Assembly (NCBI GenBank): GCA_965215005.1
Contig: CBDCCZ010000003.1
Coordinates: forward strand, 1-64,000
Origin: Kofleriaceae bacterium
GTDB taxonomy: Bacteria > Myxococcota_A > Polyangia > Haliangiales > Haliangiaceae
Length of the DNA stretch: 64,000 nucleotides
Reading direction: 5' to 3'
Below, piece by piece: positions 52,063 through 60,587 of the stretch; position 1 is the stretch's first letter, and every line of letters begins with the position of its first letter. Under the pieces are notes generated by a model. That model saw nothing but the letters and a program-made list of their open reading frames with translations, was not told the origin of the DNA and ran no database searches. A program made the translations under genes and the position numbers.

Positions 52063-55000
52063 TTAGAGCTGCTCGCAGGTCGCGGTGCCGGTCGAGTCGT
52101 CGCAGGTCCCGCTCGGACAGAATAGGCTGCCTTCGGGTCCGCAGTACGAAACGCAGACGTAGCCGTTGATGCTGCCATCGAATTGGCAGTTATCGCCAGC
52201 GCCGGAGGAGATGGAGCAACCTTGGGCGCAGCCGCTGCCCACACAGGCATTGTAGGCGTTGTTCCGAGCGGTCGACCACGACGAGCCTGAGGTCCCGCAG
52301 TTGGGGCAGTTACCAACGTGATAGTCGCCGAGTGCGGCGGCGCAGGTGGGCTCGCAGATGCCGTTGGCGTCGTTGTCCTGCCAATCCGGGCCAATTCCGC
52401 CGACGGCGGGATCGTAGTCGTCGCAGTCCGACGCCAACAGGTAGCCGTCGCCGTCAGCATCTGGATCGCACGCGTCGCCGCGTCCGTCGCCATCGAGATC
52501 GTACTGCTGGAGGTTCGGCACGCCCGGACAGTTGTCCGCGTTCCATATCGCCGCACCGCGCGGCTCGCCATTCCAGACGTCGATCATCGACTCGCAGTAG
52601 AAGATGCCGGGAAGGTCAGACGTGCAGACCTCGAGGCCGTAGACGCCACCGGTCGTGAAGACGAGGTCCGACACGCCATCAAAGTTGATGTCGCCTGCCG
52701 CTAGATTCTTCACATCAGTCGCCGCGACGGTCGGCACGGGTTGACACGTAAAGCTTTCCATCGGCAGGCACATCGACAGCGCTTCCGACTGCGATCCGAA
52801 CACCGATGACGGTAGCTGGTCGCCCATGAAATGATCGAGCACTACCGTTGCCGCTCCCACGCTTCCTTCGAGTGCAAAGGAGTAGTCGCAGGAGAAGGTA
52901 TGCCCGACCGGCTCTTGCCAGCACCCGAGTTGCGTAGCACCCATCGTGCTGTCGGAGATCACGATGTCGAGGAGACGGTCACCATCGAAGTCGGCAAGCG
53001 CCAGGTCGGTCGCCAAGTGCGAGCCGTCGCCCAGGTTCGAGCAGGCGAACCCGCCGTAGCCATCGCCATAACAAACGACGCTGCCGTTGCCCTGCATGAC
53101 TGCTCCAGCCAGATCCACGGTGCCATCGAGGTCGATGTCAGCCGCTGCGATGGAGACCATTGGCCCGACGAACGAGCCGAGTGTGTCGCTACAGAAGAAC
53201 GTTCCATCGCCATTGCCCGAACAAATCTCGAGGGTCCCAATTCCGGCGAACGCGGCGTCGAGCAGGCCGTTGCTGTCAAAGTCGCCCACGGCAACGTCGA
53301 GCGTTTGCGCCGTCGCCGAAGACACCGGCTGGCAGGGCTCGAAGCCGCCGTCGGGACTGCCCAAGCAGATCAAGTTGGTTGCCGATTCTGCGGCGAATAC
53401 CGCATCGACGATCGCATCGCCATTGAAGTCACCGAGAGCCACGTTGCGATTTGGCCCCTCGCTATAGGGTATTTGCACGCAGTCGAGGATCTCGAACGCC
53501 GCGTAGCGACAATAGCGGCTCGGGGAGACCGCATCGGCGACTACGACGCAGCCTTCGTCGCAGACGTAGGGGCACGTGTTGCCAACGTACCGGTCTAGGT
53601 CGTTGCAGTCAGTTGCCGCCAACACGCCATCGGCATCCGCATCGCTGTCGCAAGGGTCGCCGACGCCGTCACCGTCGAGGTCCTGTTGCTCAGGGTTGGC
53701 AACACCGACGCAGTTGTCGATCGCATCGTCGACGCCGTCGCCGTCGCCATCGCCGTCGCACGCATCACCCACACCGTCGGCGTCGCTATCCTCTTGATCG
53801 GGGTTGCTGATGGTCGGGCAGTTGTCGAATGCATCGTCAACGCCGTCGCCATCGGCGTCGGGATCGCAGACGTCGCCTGCGCCGTCGCCGTCCTGGTCGG
53901 CTTGATTGCCGTTTGCCAATACTGGACAGTTGTCGACTGTATCGTTGACTCCATCGCCGTCATCATCCGCATCGCAGACATCACCGATCCCATCCGCATC
54001 CAAGTCTTCTTGATTGGCGTTGGCCAGAATCGGGCAGTTGTCGCTGCCATCCGCGATCCCGTCGCCGTCGTCATCCGCATCGCACACGTCACCCACGCCA
54101 TCTCCGTCGAGATCCGCCTGATTGGCGTTGGCCAGAATGGGGCAGTTGTCGCTGCCATCCGCGATCCCGTCGCCGTCGTCGTCCGCGTCGCAAACGTCAC
54201 CCGCGCCGTCGCCATCTAGATCTTCCTGCCCCGGGTTCGGTATCCATTGGCAGTTGTCGACGACATCATCAATTCCATCGCCGTCGACGTCGGGATCGCA
54301 GGAGTCTTGAATGCCGTCGCCATCGGTATCTGGCGACGAGACTGGGTCGTTGCAAAGATCGCAAGCATCACCAATGCCGTCGCCGTCTTGATCGATTTGG
54401 TCTGGGTTCGAATCGACGGGGCAGTTGTCGCACGCGTCGCCAATCCGATCGCCATCGGCATCGCCCTGCCGCGGGTTGGCAACGGTGCTGCAGTTGTCGC
54501 AGCGGTCGCCAATCCCATCCGCATCGGCGTCAGCCTGCCCGGGGTTGTGAAAGCTCGGGCAGTTGTCGCACGAGCCAGGGATTCGGTCTTGATCCGGATC
54601 GACGCGATCATCGCCGCCCGGGCACTGGTCGCAGGCATCGCCCACGCCGTCCTCGTCGCTGTCCATCTGCGAGGTGTTCGGCTCGCTCGGGCAGCTGTCG
54701 ACGGCGCCGCACACGCCGTCGCCGTCGCCGTCACCGCCGGTGCTAGCCGGACACGCGTCGCAGGTAAGCCCACAGCTCGATTCCGCCAGCGCCAAGCAGC
54801 TCTGAGACCAACCATCTTCACAACAGCTCGCATCGAGGTCGCAAACGCACTGAGCGACTTCTTGCTCGCCGCAGCCGAGCGCGGCATCGCCGTCGGCGAC
54901 GCAACAGTCGCCTTCGCAGCTACCGCAGTCGGTCGCGCAGCTGGCGCAGTTCTCCCCCTGCGACCTATCGAACGGGCTCGATTCGGTCCAGCGCTCGCAA

Positions 55001-58000
55001 ACGAAGTCGCCGCAGACTGGCGCGGAGCCGCAGTCGCCCGCGCACGTAGCGGTGGTCTCACCTTCCGAGCACACGCCATCGCCGCAGGCACACGTGCCGC
55101 AGTCGAGCGCGCAGGTGCTGCACGACTCGCCGTCGCCCGCGCGGCACACGCCGTCGCCGCAGGTGTCGGCGCAAGCGCCGCAATCGGCGGCGCAGGTGGT
55201 ACACGTCTCGCCATCGGTGCGGCTGCAGATCGCATCGCCGCAAGTCGGAGGAACCTCACAAAAGCCGCCAGAGAAGCCGCCGGCGCAGTCGCAGCCGTTC
55301 TCGGTGCAGGTCCCGTTACCCGAGCAGTCGGGCCCGCAGACGCAGTCGCCGCCGTCCCAATCGAGAGACGCGCACGCGGCGAGAGCATCGCAGGTGCCGT
55401 TGCCGAGCAGCGTCGCGCGAATCGTGCACTTGCCATTGCAGTCGCGGGTGTAGCCAGCCGGGCACACCGGCCGCACACACTCACCATCGTCGAAGTTGTG
55501 CAGCTCGCAAGCGAAGTTGGGGCCCGCGCTGCCGTCATCGCACCTGCCATCGGATAGCGTTTCGGAGCTGTCGAAGCAGGCGCCGTCGCAGTCGGCAATT
55601 TGACCCGGAGGACAGAATTCTGGCTCGGGAGCCGCGCAGTCACCAAAATCTGCAGCGACCTCGGCGGCGCCACCGCGACCGGTAAAGTCGGAGAGGAACA
55701 CGCGCATGTAGATCTCGCCGAGACCACGCGCGTCGATCAGCCGGATGGGGTTGTTTTGTGCATCGAGCTTGGGATCTCCAGCAGCGTTGCGCAGGTAGAT
55801 CTTCTCGACGTCCAGGTAGTGGAAATCGATCGGCTGCTGGAGCACGAACGGCAGCGGCGCCCCGGTACGAAACTCCACCGTCTCCTCGTTGCTCAAATAC
55901 ATGCCACGGGGCCAAAGGAGCGCACCGGGCATCAGCGTCCCTTCGGCCACGCCACTGCCGCTACCGAGATAGAGCACGGCCGCGTAGCTTTCATCGTTGA
56001 GCACGTCGATGGTGACTTGCCAAAACCCCGCTTTGAGCTCGCCATACGGTCCCGATGGCTCCGGCACGCACGATAGCGCCGGTGCGCGGCTGTCGGTCTC
56101 GCAAGCATCGCCGGTGCCGTCGCCATCGCTATCGACTTGCTGCGGGTTTGGCACCCACGGGCAATTGTCTCGAACACCCGGACCTTTATCAGGCACGCCA
56201 TCTTGATCGACATCGCCGTCAGCGCAGTCGGGCATCCCGTCGGCATCCACATCCGAGTAACCGGGCGAGCCTGGTAATCCGCAGGCGCAATCGGTCGGCT
56301 CGGAATAGAGCACCGGAATCTCCGCATGTACGAAACGCGGCTCGGTCGGATCGAGACGCACCTCCGCAAACATCAATCGTTGCAAGGGACCCTGATTGGC
56401 CACCACCACCCGCCGATCCCAGTTTCCGACCACCTCACCGTTCCCACCGATTTCGGCGTCGCGCTGGGAGAAAATACGCACCTCGCGCGTGCGCTGCTCG
56501 ACCAGGCCGGCAACGACTCTGGCGCTGGCAACGCGATCAGCCGTCGACGGATCGAGCGCACCGGCGATTTCGGGTCCCGCCTGCGCATTGCAGCTGGCAC
56601 CAGCAGCGACTGGATCAGCGCTGGCCGCTGCCAACGTGTACGTGGCGCCAGGTAGCAGCGACATCAGTGGCAACGCCTCGTTGTCGCGCTCGACCGCTTG
56701 GCCCTCGAATCCCGGCGGATTGGGGGCGCCATCGGCCAGCGCATAGAACGCTTTGAGGAAATCTCGCCACGGAAGACCCTCCCGAACCACATCGTAGCCG
56801 TTTCGGTAGAACGCCTCTTCGGTGGGGAAGTACACGCTCAGGCCGGTTGAGTCACTCTTGAGTCGGCCATAGGCCTCGGCGGCGCGCAGCTGCTGGAGCG
56901 CCGCGACCAGGGCAAGGCGGTGCGGCTCGAACGTCGGGTTTCGAGCCGCGAGCGCGGTCGCAAAGTCGCCCATGTCGATCATCTGAAAATCACTGGTGGG
57001 ATCGACGTGATAGCCGTAGCGCGTAACCTTGTCGCGTGCCGCAGCAATGTCAGTCTTGGCGGCGTCGATATTGGCTGCGAGAGCGCCGGCAAACGCGGCA
57101 AACGCGTCGCGAAGCGCCGCCAGGGCTTCGAGATCGAGCAGGTTCAACGTCACCTTCATATGCGTCCGGTTGGATCGAGCGTGCTGATAGAAGCTCTCGA
57201 CCACCTCACGGCCCAGCTCCGGAGCGGCCATGGCAGTGTTGGCTGACAGGCTGCTGAGAAATGCCGTGTAGTCCCAACCGTGTCCCGGCTCGAGCTCCTC
57301 GCTAGCGACGTAATAACGGGTCAAACTGCTAACCCCATCGGCCATGACATAGGTGCTCATCAAGCAAGCATCGAAACCAATGAGATCCAGCCCGTTGAGA
57401 CCGGCAGCCTCGACGCCAGTGCGAAGTGCCGCTTCGATTTCCGCCTGATCGAGCTGATCGTGGCCGGCGTCGTCGTCACCGCCGTATCCCTGCCATGCGT
57501 TGCCGTGGTTCCAGAGCACGAGAAACCGCCGCTCCGCCGGGAAGTTTCCGAAGCCCCACTCGATGAAGTCGGAGAGAGTATTGGGGTCGCCGGTGTTGCT
57601 CTCGCCAAGGTCTTCGAGCTCCTCGAGTGCGCCGCTGCGCACGCGGAATCGCTTCATCGTCTTCCAATCGGCAACCCCGCCAACACCGAGCTCGTAGTAG
57701 CCCGATGCGCGATCCATCTGAACCAGCACGTTGACGTCATCGCTGATCGTCGCGCCCAGCATCTCGTTCAGATCGTCGATCGCGAACTTCTCGAGATTGT
57801 TATCGGCGGCCATGTAGACCAAAACGGTCCATGCCGCGGGCGCAGGCGCGGCATCGGGCTCCGGCGGAGTGCTTGCGTCTGGCTGCAAAGGTCCGGCGTC
57901 TACGGAGCCAGGCGGCATCGTCATCGCGTCGCGATCCGCTGGGGGATCGCCGGATGACTCGCCAGAGCCACCACCGCACGCGGCGGCGAGCGAGGCCACG

Positions 58001-58032
58001 AGACCAAAAAGAAGCGGTAGACGTCGGGTCAT
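52063..58032 (-). CDS. Clostripain-family (C11) cysteine peptidase lipoprotein with TSP3, LNR-like, EGF-like, Cys-rich and FG-GAP repeats
   Basis: Lipobox AAAC; WTVLVYMAADNNLE, LWNHG (His), IGFDACLM (Cys), ASEELEPGHGWDY, GLSVYFP; many D.DGDG.GD.CDNCP...N..Q repeats; GDFNGD repeats. Confidence 0.92.
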   Translation of the reverse strand: MTRRLPLLFGLVASLAAACGGGSGESSGDPPADRDAMTMPPGSVDAGPLQPDASTPPEPDAAPAPAAWTVLVYMAADNNLEKFAIDDLNEMLGATISDDVNVLVQMDRASGYYELGVGGVADWKTMKRFRVRSGALEELEDLGESNTGDPNTLSDFIEWGFGNFPAERRFLVLWNHGNAWQGYGGDDDAGHDQLDQAEIEAALRTGVEAAGLNGLDLIGFDACLMSTYVMADGVSSLTRYYVASEELEPGHGWDYTAFLSSLSANTAMAAPELGREVVESFYQHARSNRTHMKVTLNLLDLEALAALRDAFAAFAGALAANIDAAKTDIAAARDKVTRYGYHVDPTSDFQMIDMGDFATALAARNPTFEPHRLALVAALQQLRAAEAYGRLKSDSTGLSVYFPTEEAFYRNGYDVVREGLPWRDFLKAFYALADGAPNPPGFEGQAVERDNEALPLMSLLPGATYTLAAASADPVAAGASCNAQAGPEIAGALDPSTADRVASARVVAGLVEQRTREVRIFSQRDAEIGGNGEVVGNWDRRVVVANQGPLQRLMFAEVRLDPTEPRFVHAEIPVLYSEPTDCACGLPGSPGYSDVDADGMPDCADGDVDQDGVPDKGPGVRDNCPWVPNPQQVDSDGDGTGDACETDSRAPALSCVPEPSGPYGELKAGFWQVTIDVLNDESYAAVLYLGSGSGVAEGTLMPGALLWPRGMYLSNEETVEFRTGAPLPFVLQQPIDFHYLDVEKIYLRNAAGDPKLDAQNNPIRLIDARGLGEIYMRVFLSDFTGRGGAAEVAADFGDCAAPEPEFCPPGQIADCDGACFDSSETLSDGRCDDGSAGPNFACELHNFDDGECVRPVCPAGYTRDCNGKCTIRATLLGNGTCDALAACASLDWDGGDCVCGPDCSGNGTCTENGCDCAGGFSGGFCEVPPTCGDAICSRTDGETCTTCAADCGACADTCGDGVCRAGDGESCSTCALDCGTCACGDGVCSEGETTATCAGDCGSAPVCGDFVCERWTESSPFDRSQGENCASCATDCGSCEGDCCVADGDAALGCGEQEVAQCVCDLDASCCEDGWSQSCLALAESSCGLTCDACPASTGGDGDGDGVCGAVDSCPSEPNTSQMDSDEDGVGDACDQCPGGDDRVDPDQDRIPGSCDNCPSFHNPGQADADADGIGDRCDNCSTVANPRQGDADGDRIGDACDNCPVDSNPDQIDQDGDGIGDACDLCNDPVSSPDTDGDGIQDSCDPDVDGDGIDDVVDNCQWIPNPGQEDLDGDGAGDVCDADDDGDGIADGSDNCPILANANQADLDGDGVGDVCDADDDGDGIADGSDNCPILANANQEDLDADGIGDVCDADDDGDGVNDTVDNCPVLANGNQADQDGDGAGDVCDPDADGDGVDDAFDNCPTISNPDQEDSDADGVGDACDGDGDGDGVDDAIDNCVGVANPEQQDLDGDGVGDPCDSDADADGVLAATDCNDLDRYVGNTCPYVCDEGCVVVADAVSPSRYCRYAAFEILDCVQIPYSEGPNRNVALGDFNGDAIVDAVFAAESATNLICLGSPDGGFEPCQPVSSATAQTLDVAVGDFDSNGLLDAAFAGIGTLEICSGNGDGTFFCSDTLGSFVGPMVSIAAADIDLDGTVDLAGAVMQGNGSVVCYGDGYGGFACSNLGDGSHLATDLALADFDGDRLLDIVISDSTMGATQLGCWQEPVGHTFSCDYSFALEGSVGAATVVLDHFMGDQLPSSVFGSQSEALSMCLPMESFTCQPVPTVAATDVKNLAAGDINFDGVSDLVFTTGGVYGLEVCTSDLPGIFYCESMIDVWNGEPRGAAIWNADNCPGVPNLQQYDLDGDGRGDACDPDADGDGYLLASDCDDYDPAVGGIGPDWQDNDANGICEPTCAAALGDYHVGNCPNCGTSGSSWSTARNNAYNACVGSGCAQGCSISSGAGDNCQFDGSINGYVCVSYCGPEGSLFCPSGTCDDSTGTATCEQL
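54011..54215. repeat. Near-identical 108-bp tandem unit within the TSP3 array
   Basis: TGATTGGCGTTGGCCAGAAT.GGGCAGTTGTCGCTGCCATCCGCGATCCCGTCGCCGTCGTC starts at both 54011 and 54119. Confidence 0.88.
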
Positions 58033-58156
58033 GGAGCGCGTTTCCTTCATTGAGGAGCTGGCCGTCGGTGGGCGGCAGCAAGCACGTGATTCGTTTCGTA
58101 TGGCAGCGGCACGACGGAGCTCGAGCAAGGGCATCTACCCATCGTTTCGCAATCGG

Positions 58157-60091
58157 CTAGGGAAGCTTGTTTGCGGGCACGTACTGGCCAATCGCCTTGA
58201 GCATGCGCGGATCGCGCTCCTCGCCGTATTGCTTGGCGAGGGCATCCACCGCCGCCGCAGACGATGCCGCCGCCGCGCCAACGAGATGCACGTAGCTTGC
58301 GCGCACCAGCGGGCTTCCTTCATCGCCCAGCCGTGAGACGGCTGCGCTCCAGACCTTGTCCGGCGGTGGTTGCTTCGCCAGCTTGGCCTGATCGGCGAAG
58401 GTCACTGCGAGAAAGGCACGTTGGCGTTCGCCCTTCTCGCCATCTAGAAGACCGGCGAAGAGATCCTCGGTGGCCTCGGGAGGCATGCGTTTGACGGCAC
58501 CGTAGGCATGCTGCCGAACCAGCTCGCTATCCGACTCGAAGAACGGCGCGAGCTCATTGGCGAAGCTCGGATGGCCCGAATTGTGGATTGCATCGAGCGC
58601 AGCGGTCACTTCCACAGGTCCATCACCAGCGGCGAGTTGCTCGCGAATCGCCTGCCGCGCGGTTTCTGCGAGCTGTGGGTGAGACGTCCGCACGTTGTGC
58701 TCGAGCGTGCCGACGCCAAAGCTTGCGGCGTTGCGCAATTGTTGCTCCTGGCTTGCATCGTCGAGACCGGCGCCAACCCGCGACATCTGAACCAGCGCCG
58801 CGAGAGCCTCGTCGTTGGGCTCATCGATGTCGGGCAGCGCCACTGCCGCGCGCATGCGGTTCTCGGGCTGCAGTGCAGCGTCCGCAACACTTTCAATCAA
58901 TACAGTGCGGGCTTCGGGAGTACCGGCGCGCTCGAGGCCAAAGAACACCGCCGAGTGCATCTCGTTTGCCACCTCGCCGTCGCGCACCAGCGCGACCAAC
59001 TCGGCTGCCAACTGCGGCTGAGCGCGCAGCAGCTGCGCCAGCATGTAACCGACTGTGGCGTGCGCGTCGGGGTTGTCGCGCAGCATCGCGCGCGCCATTT
59101 CCATCGCCTCATCGAGCGGCAGCGTCTTGAAACGAGCCGGGGGTTCAGGCTGTTTCTTCGCCATGCGCTCGGCAGGCATAATTCCGCTGGTCCACGCGAG
59201 CGCCTTTAGGTCGGGCAGCGGGCGTCGCTCGGCGTGGTCGCGAACAGCGACTTTGAGTTGTACCGTAACGTCGGCGAGCAGCTGTCCGTCTGTCGATAGC
59301 ACCAGCCGTTCGGTGCCGCTCACCTGCGCCATCCAGACGCCAGCCGCATCCACAACCGCGCTCATCGTGCTCGCGCGGACGCGAATCGAGAGGCTCTCGT
59401 CGGGCTCGGTGGCACCGCGAGCATCGGTGATGACGCCCGGATACACGTGAATGTAGCCAGACTTGATTTTTGAGACGCGGCGGGCGTTGGCGTCTTCGAG
59501 GTGATACTGCGACCAATACTTGCCCGATAGGTCGTGCTCGAGCGCTCGCCAGCTCGGCTGCGCACTCGCAGGATGGAGCACCACCTGAGAGCTCTGCAGC
59601 ATGCCGCGCAGCTGATTTCTTGCCGCCGGAGCGACATCGTTTGCGAAGCCGAAGTCGCGAAACCGACACGTGCGGTCGATCGTGACCGCGAACGGGCGAG
59701 TGATTTGCTCGATGAGCTCGGCGTCGGCGACCCCGACCGTGCTATCGAGCTCGAACTCGACCCCGAGGGTCGCCACGCCGTCGGCGACGACGATAGCGCG
59801 CATGTGGAGAAGACCGCGCATCGTCACGCGCTGTGCGTCGAGGCTGGGCTGCTGCCGAGGATCGGAGGTGGGCATCACGGCGCGGGCGTTGAGCTTGGAC
59901 TCGGCCTCGAGCTCGAAGTCGTAGCTCCGCGCCTGCCCCGGCTCGAATACGCAAGCGAGCGGCGCGGGGCTGCGGCCATTGTTGCGGTCGTCGCCGAGCT
60001 TCCATAACACCGTGGCCACCATCGCAACGGCCAGAAAGCTGGCTCCGGCCAGCAAGAAGCGCATGCGTCTCGCTTTGCTGTTTTTGAACAT
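58157..60091 (-). CDS. Membrane-anchored/exported protein: beta-rich N-half plus HEAT-repeat C-half (vitellogenin/LLTP N-module-like by inference)
   Basis: AGGGGAG RBS; N-terminal TM; FEPGQARSYDF, PFAV, EHDLSGKY.S.Y; HEAT-like GLERAGTPEA..L, ALDAIHNSG, LVRQHAYGAV. Confidence 0.7.
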   Translation of the reverse strand: MFKNSKARRMRFLLAGASFLAVAMVATVLWKLGDDRNNGRSPAPLACVFEPGQARSYDFELEAESKLNARAVMPTSDPRQQPSLDAQRVTMRGLLHMRAIVVADGVATLGVEFELDSTVGVADAELIEQITRPFAVTIDRTCRFRDFGFANDVAPAARNQLRGMLQSSQVVLHPASAQPSWRALEHDLSGKYWSQYHLEDANARRVSKIKSGYIHVYPGVITDARGATEPDESLSIRVRASTMSAVVDAAGVWMAQVSGTERLVLSTDGQLLADVTVQLKVAVRDHAERRPLPDLKALAWTSGIMPAERMAKKQPEPPARFKTLPLDEAMEMARAMLRDNPDAHATVGYMLAQLLRAQPQLAAELVALVRDGEVANEMHSAVFFGLERAGTPEARTVLIESVADAALQPENRMRAAVALPDIDEPNDEALAALVQMSRVGAGLDDASQEQQLRNAASFGVGTLEHNVRTSHPQLAETARQAIREQLAAGDGPVEVTAALDAIHNSGHPSFANELAPFFESDSELVRQHAYGAVKRMPPEATEDLFAGLLDGEKGERQRAFLAVTFADQAKLAKQPPPDKVWSAAVSRLGDEGSPLVRASYVHLVGAAAASSAAAVDALAKQYGEERDPRMLKAIGQYVPANKLP

Positions 60092-60587
60092 TGCTCCCCT
60101 GTTCTACTCGTAAGGTCGAGTGCGCGAAGGCGCCTTCATTCAGCGAAGGGCTACGGCACGAGACTCGGTATCGGCTGCGAGCGGTGATCGCTAAAGGAAC
60201 TTTCGCGGCCCGGCAGCGCGAAAACGTGCCAGGTCACCCACCAGGTATTGAGCGCAGCGAACGCCGCGGGACCCCCAATGTCTACTCGCTCGTAAGGACT
60301 CCTAGTACGCCGCCGCGGGATTGATGACGCAGAAATCCGCCGCCCCGATGCGGGGCAAGGGCGGCAGATTTCTGCTGCTCAGGCGCCCCCTTCGGCGTCT
60401 CCCCAAGCGATTGTTGTTTTTCTAGCGGTTCACGACTTCCGCCGTGAACCACTAGCCGCACGAGGAATAAATCGCCGAGGAGCGACTTTTCCCCTTTGGT
60501 CTGCAGCACATCGTCCGATTCCGGTGGGACTGCGTAGCTCGGCTGCGCGAACAACCACTCGATTGTGGGGGGCGAAGAAATCAAGGC

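Noticed and set aside
53595..55727. Long alternative-frame ORFs (Thr/Ala-rich 54216-55727; antisense 54247-55557)
   Set aside because: By-products of GC-biased codon usage in the Asp/Gly/Cys repeats of the clostripain gene
60092..60587. Known riboswitch (e.g. c-di-GMP-I)
   Set aside because: Could not find the conserved GGCAAA..GAAA..GGGACGCAAAGC pattern by eye; kept only as an unexplained structure
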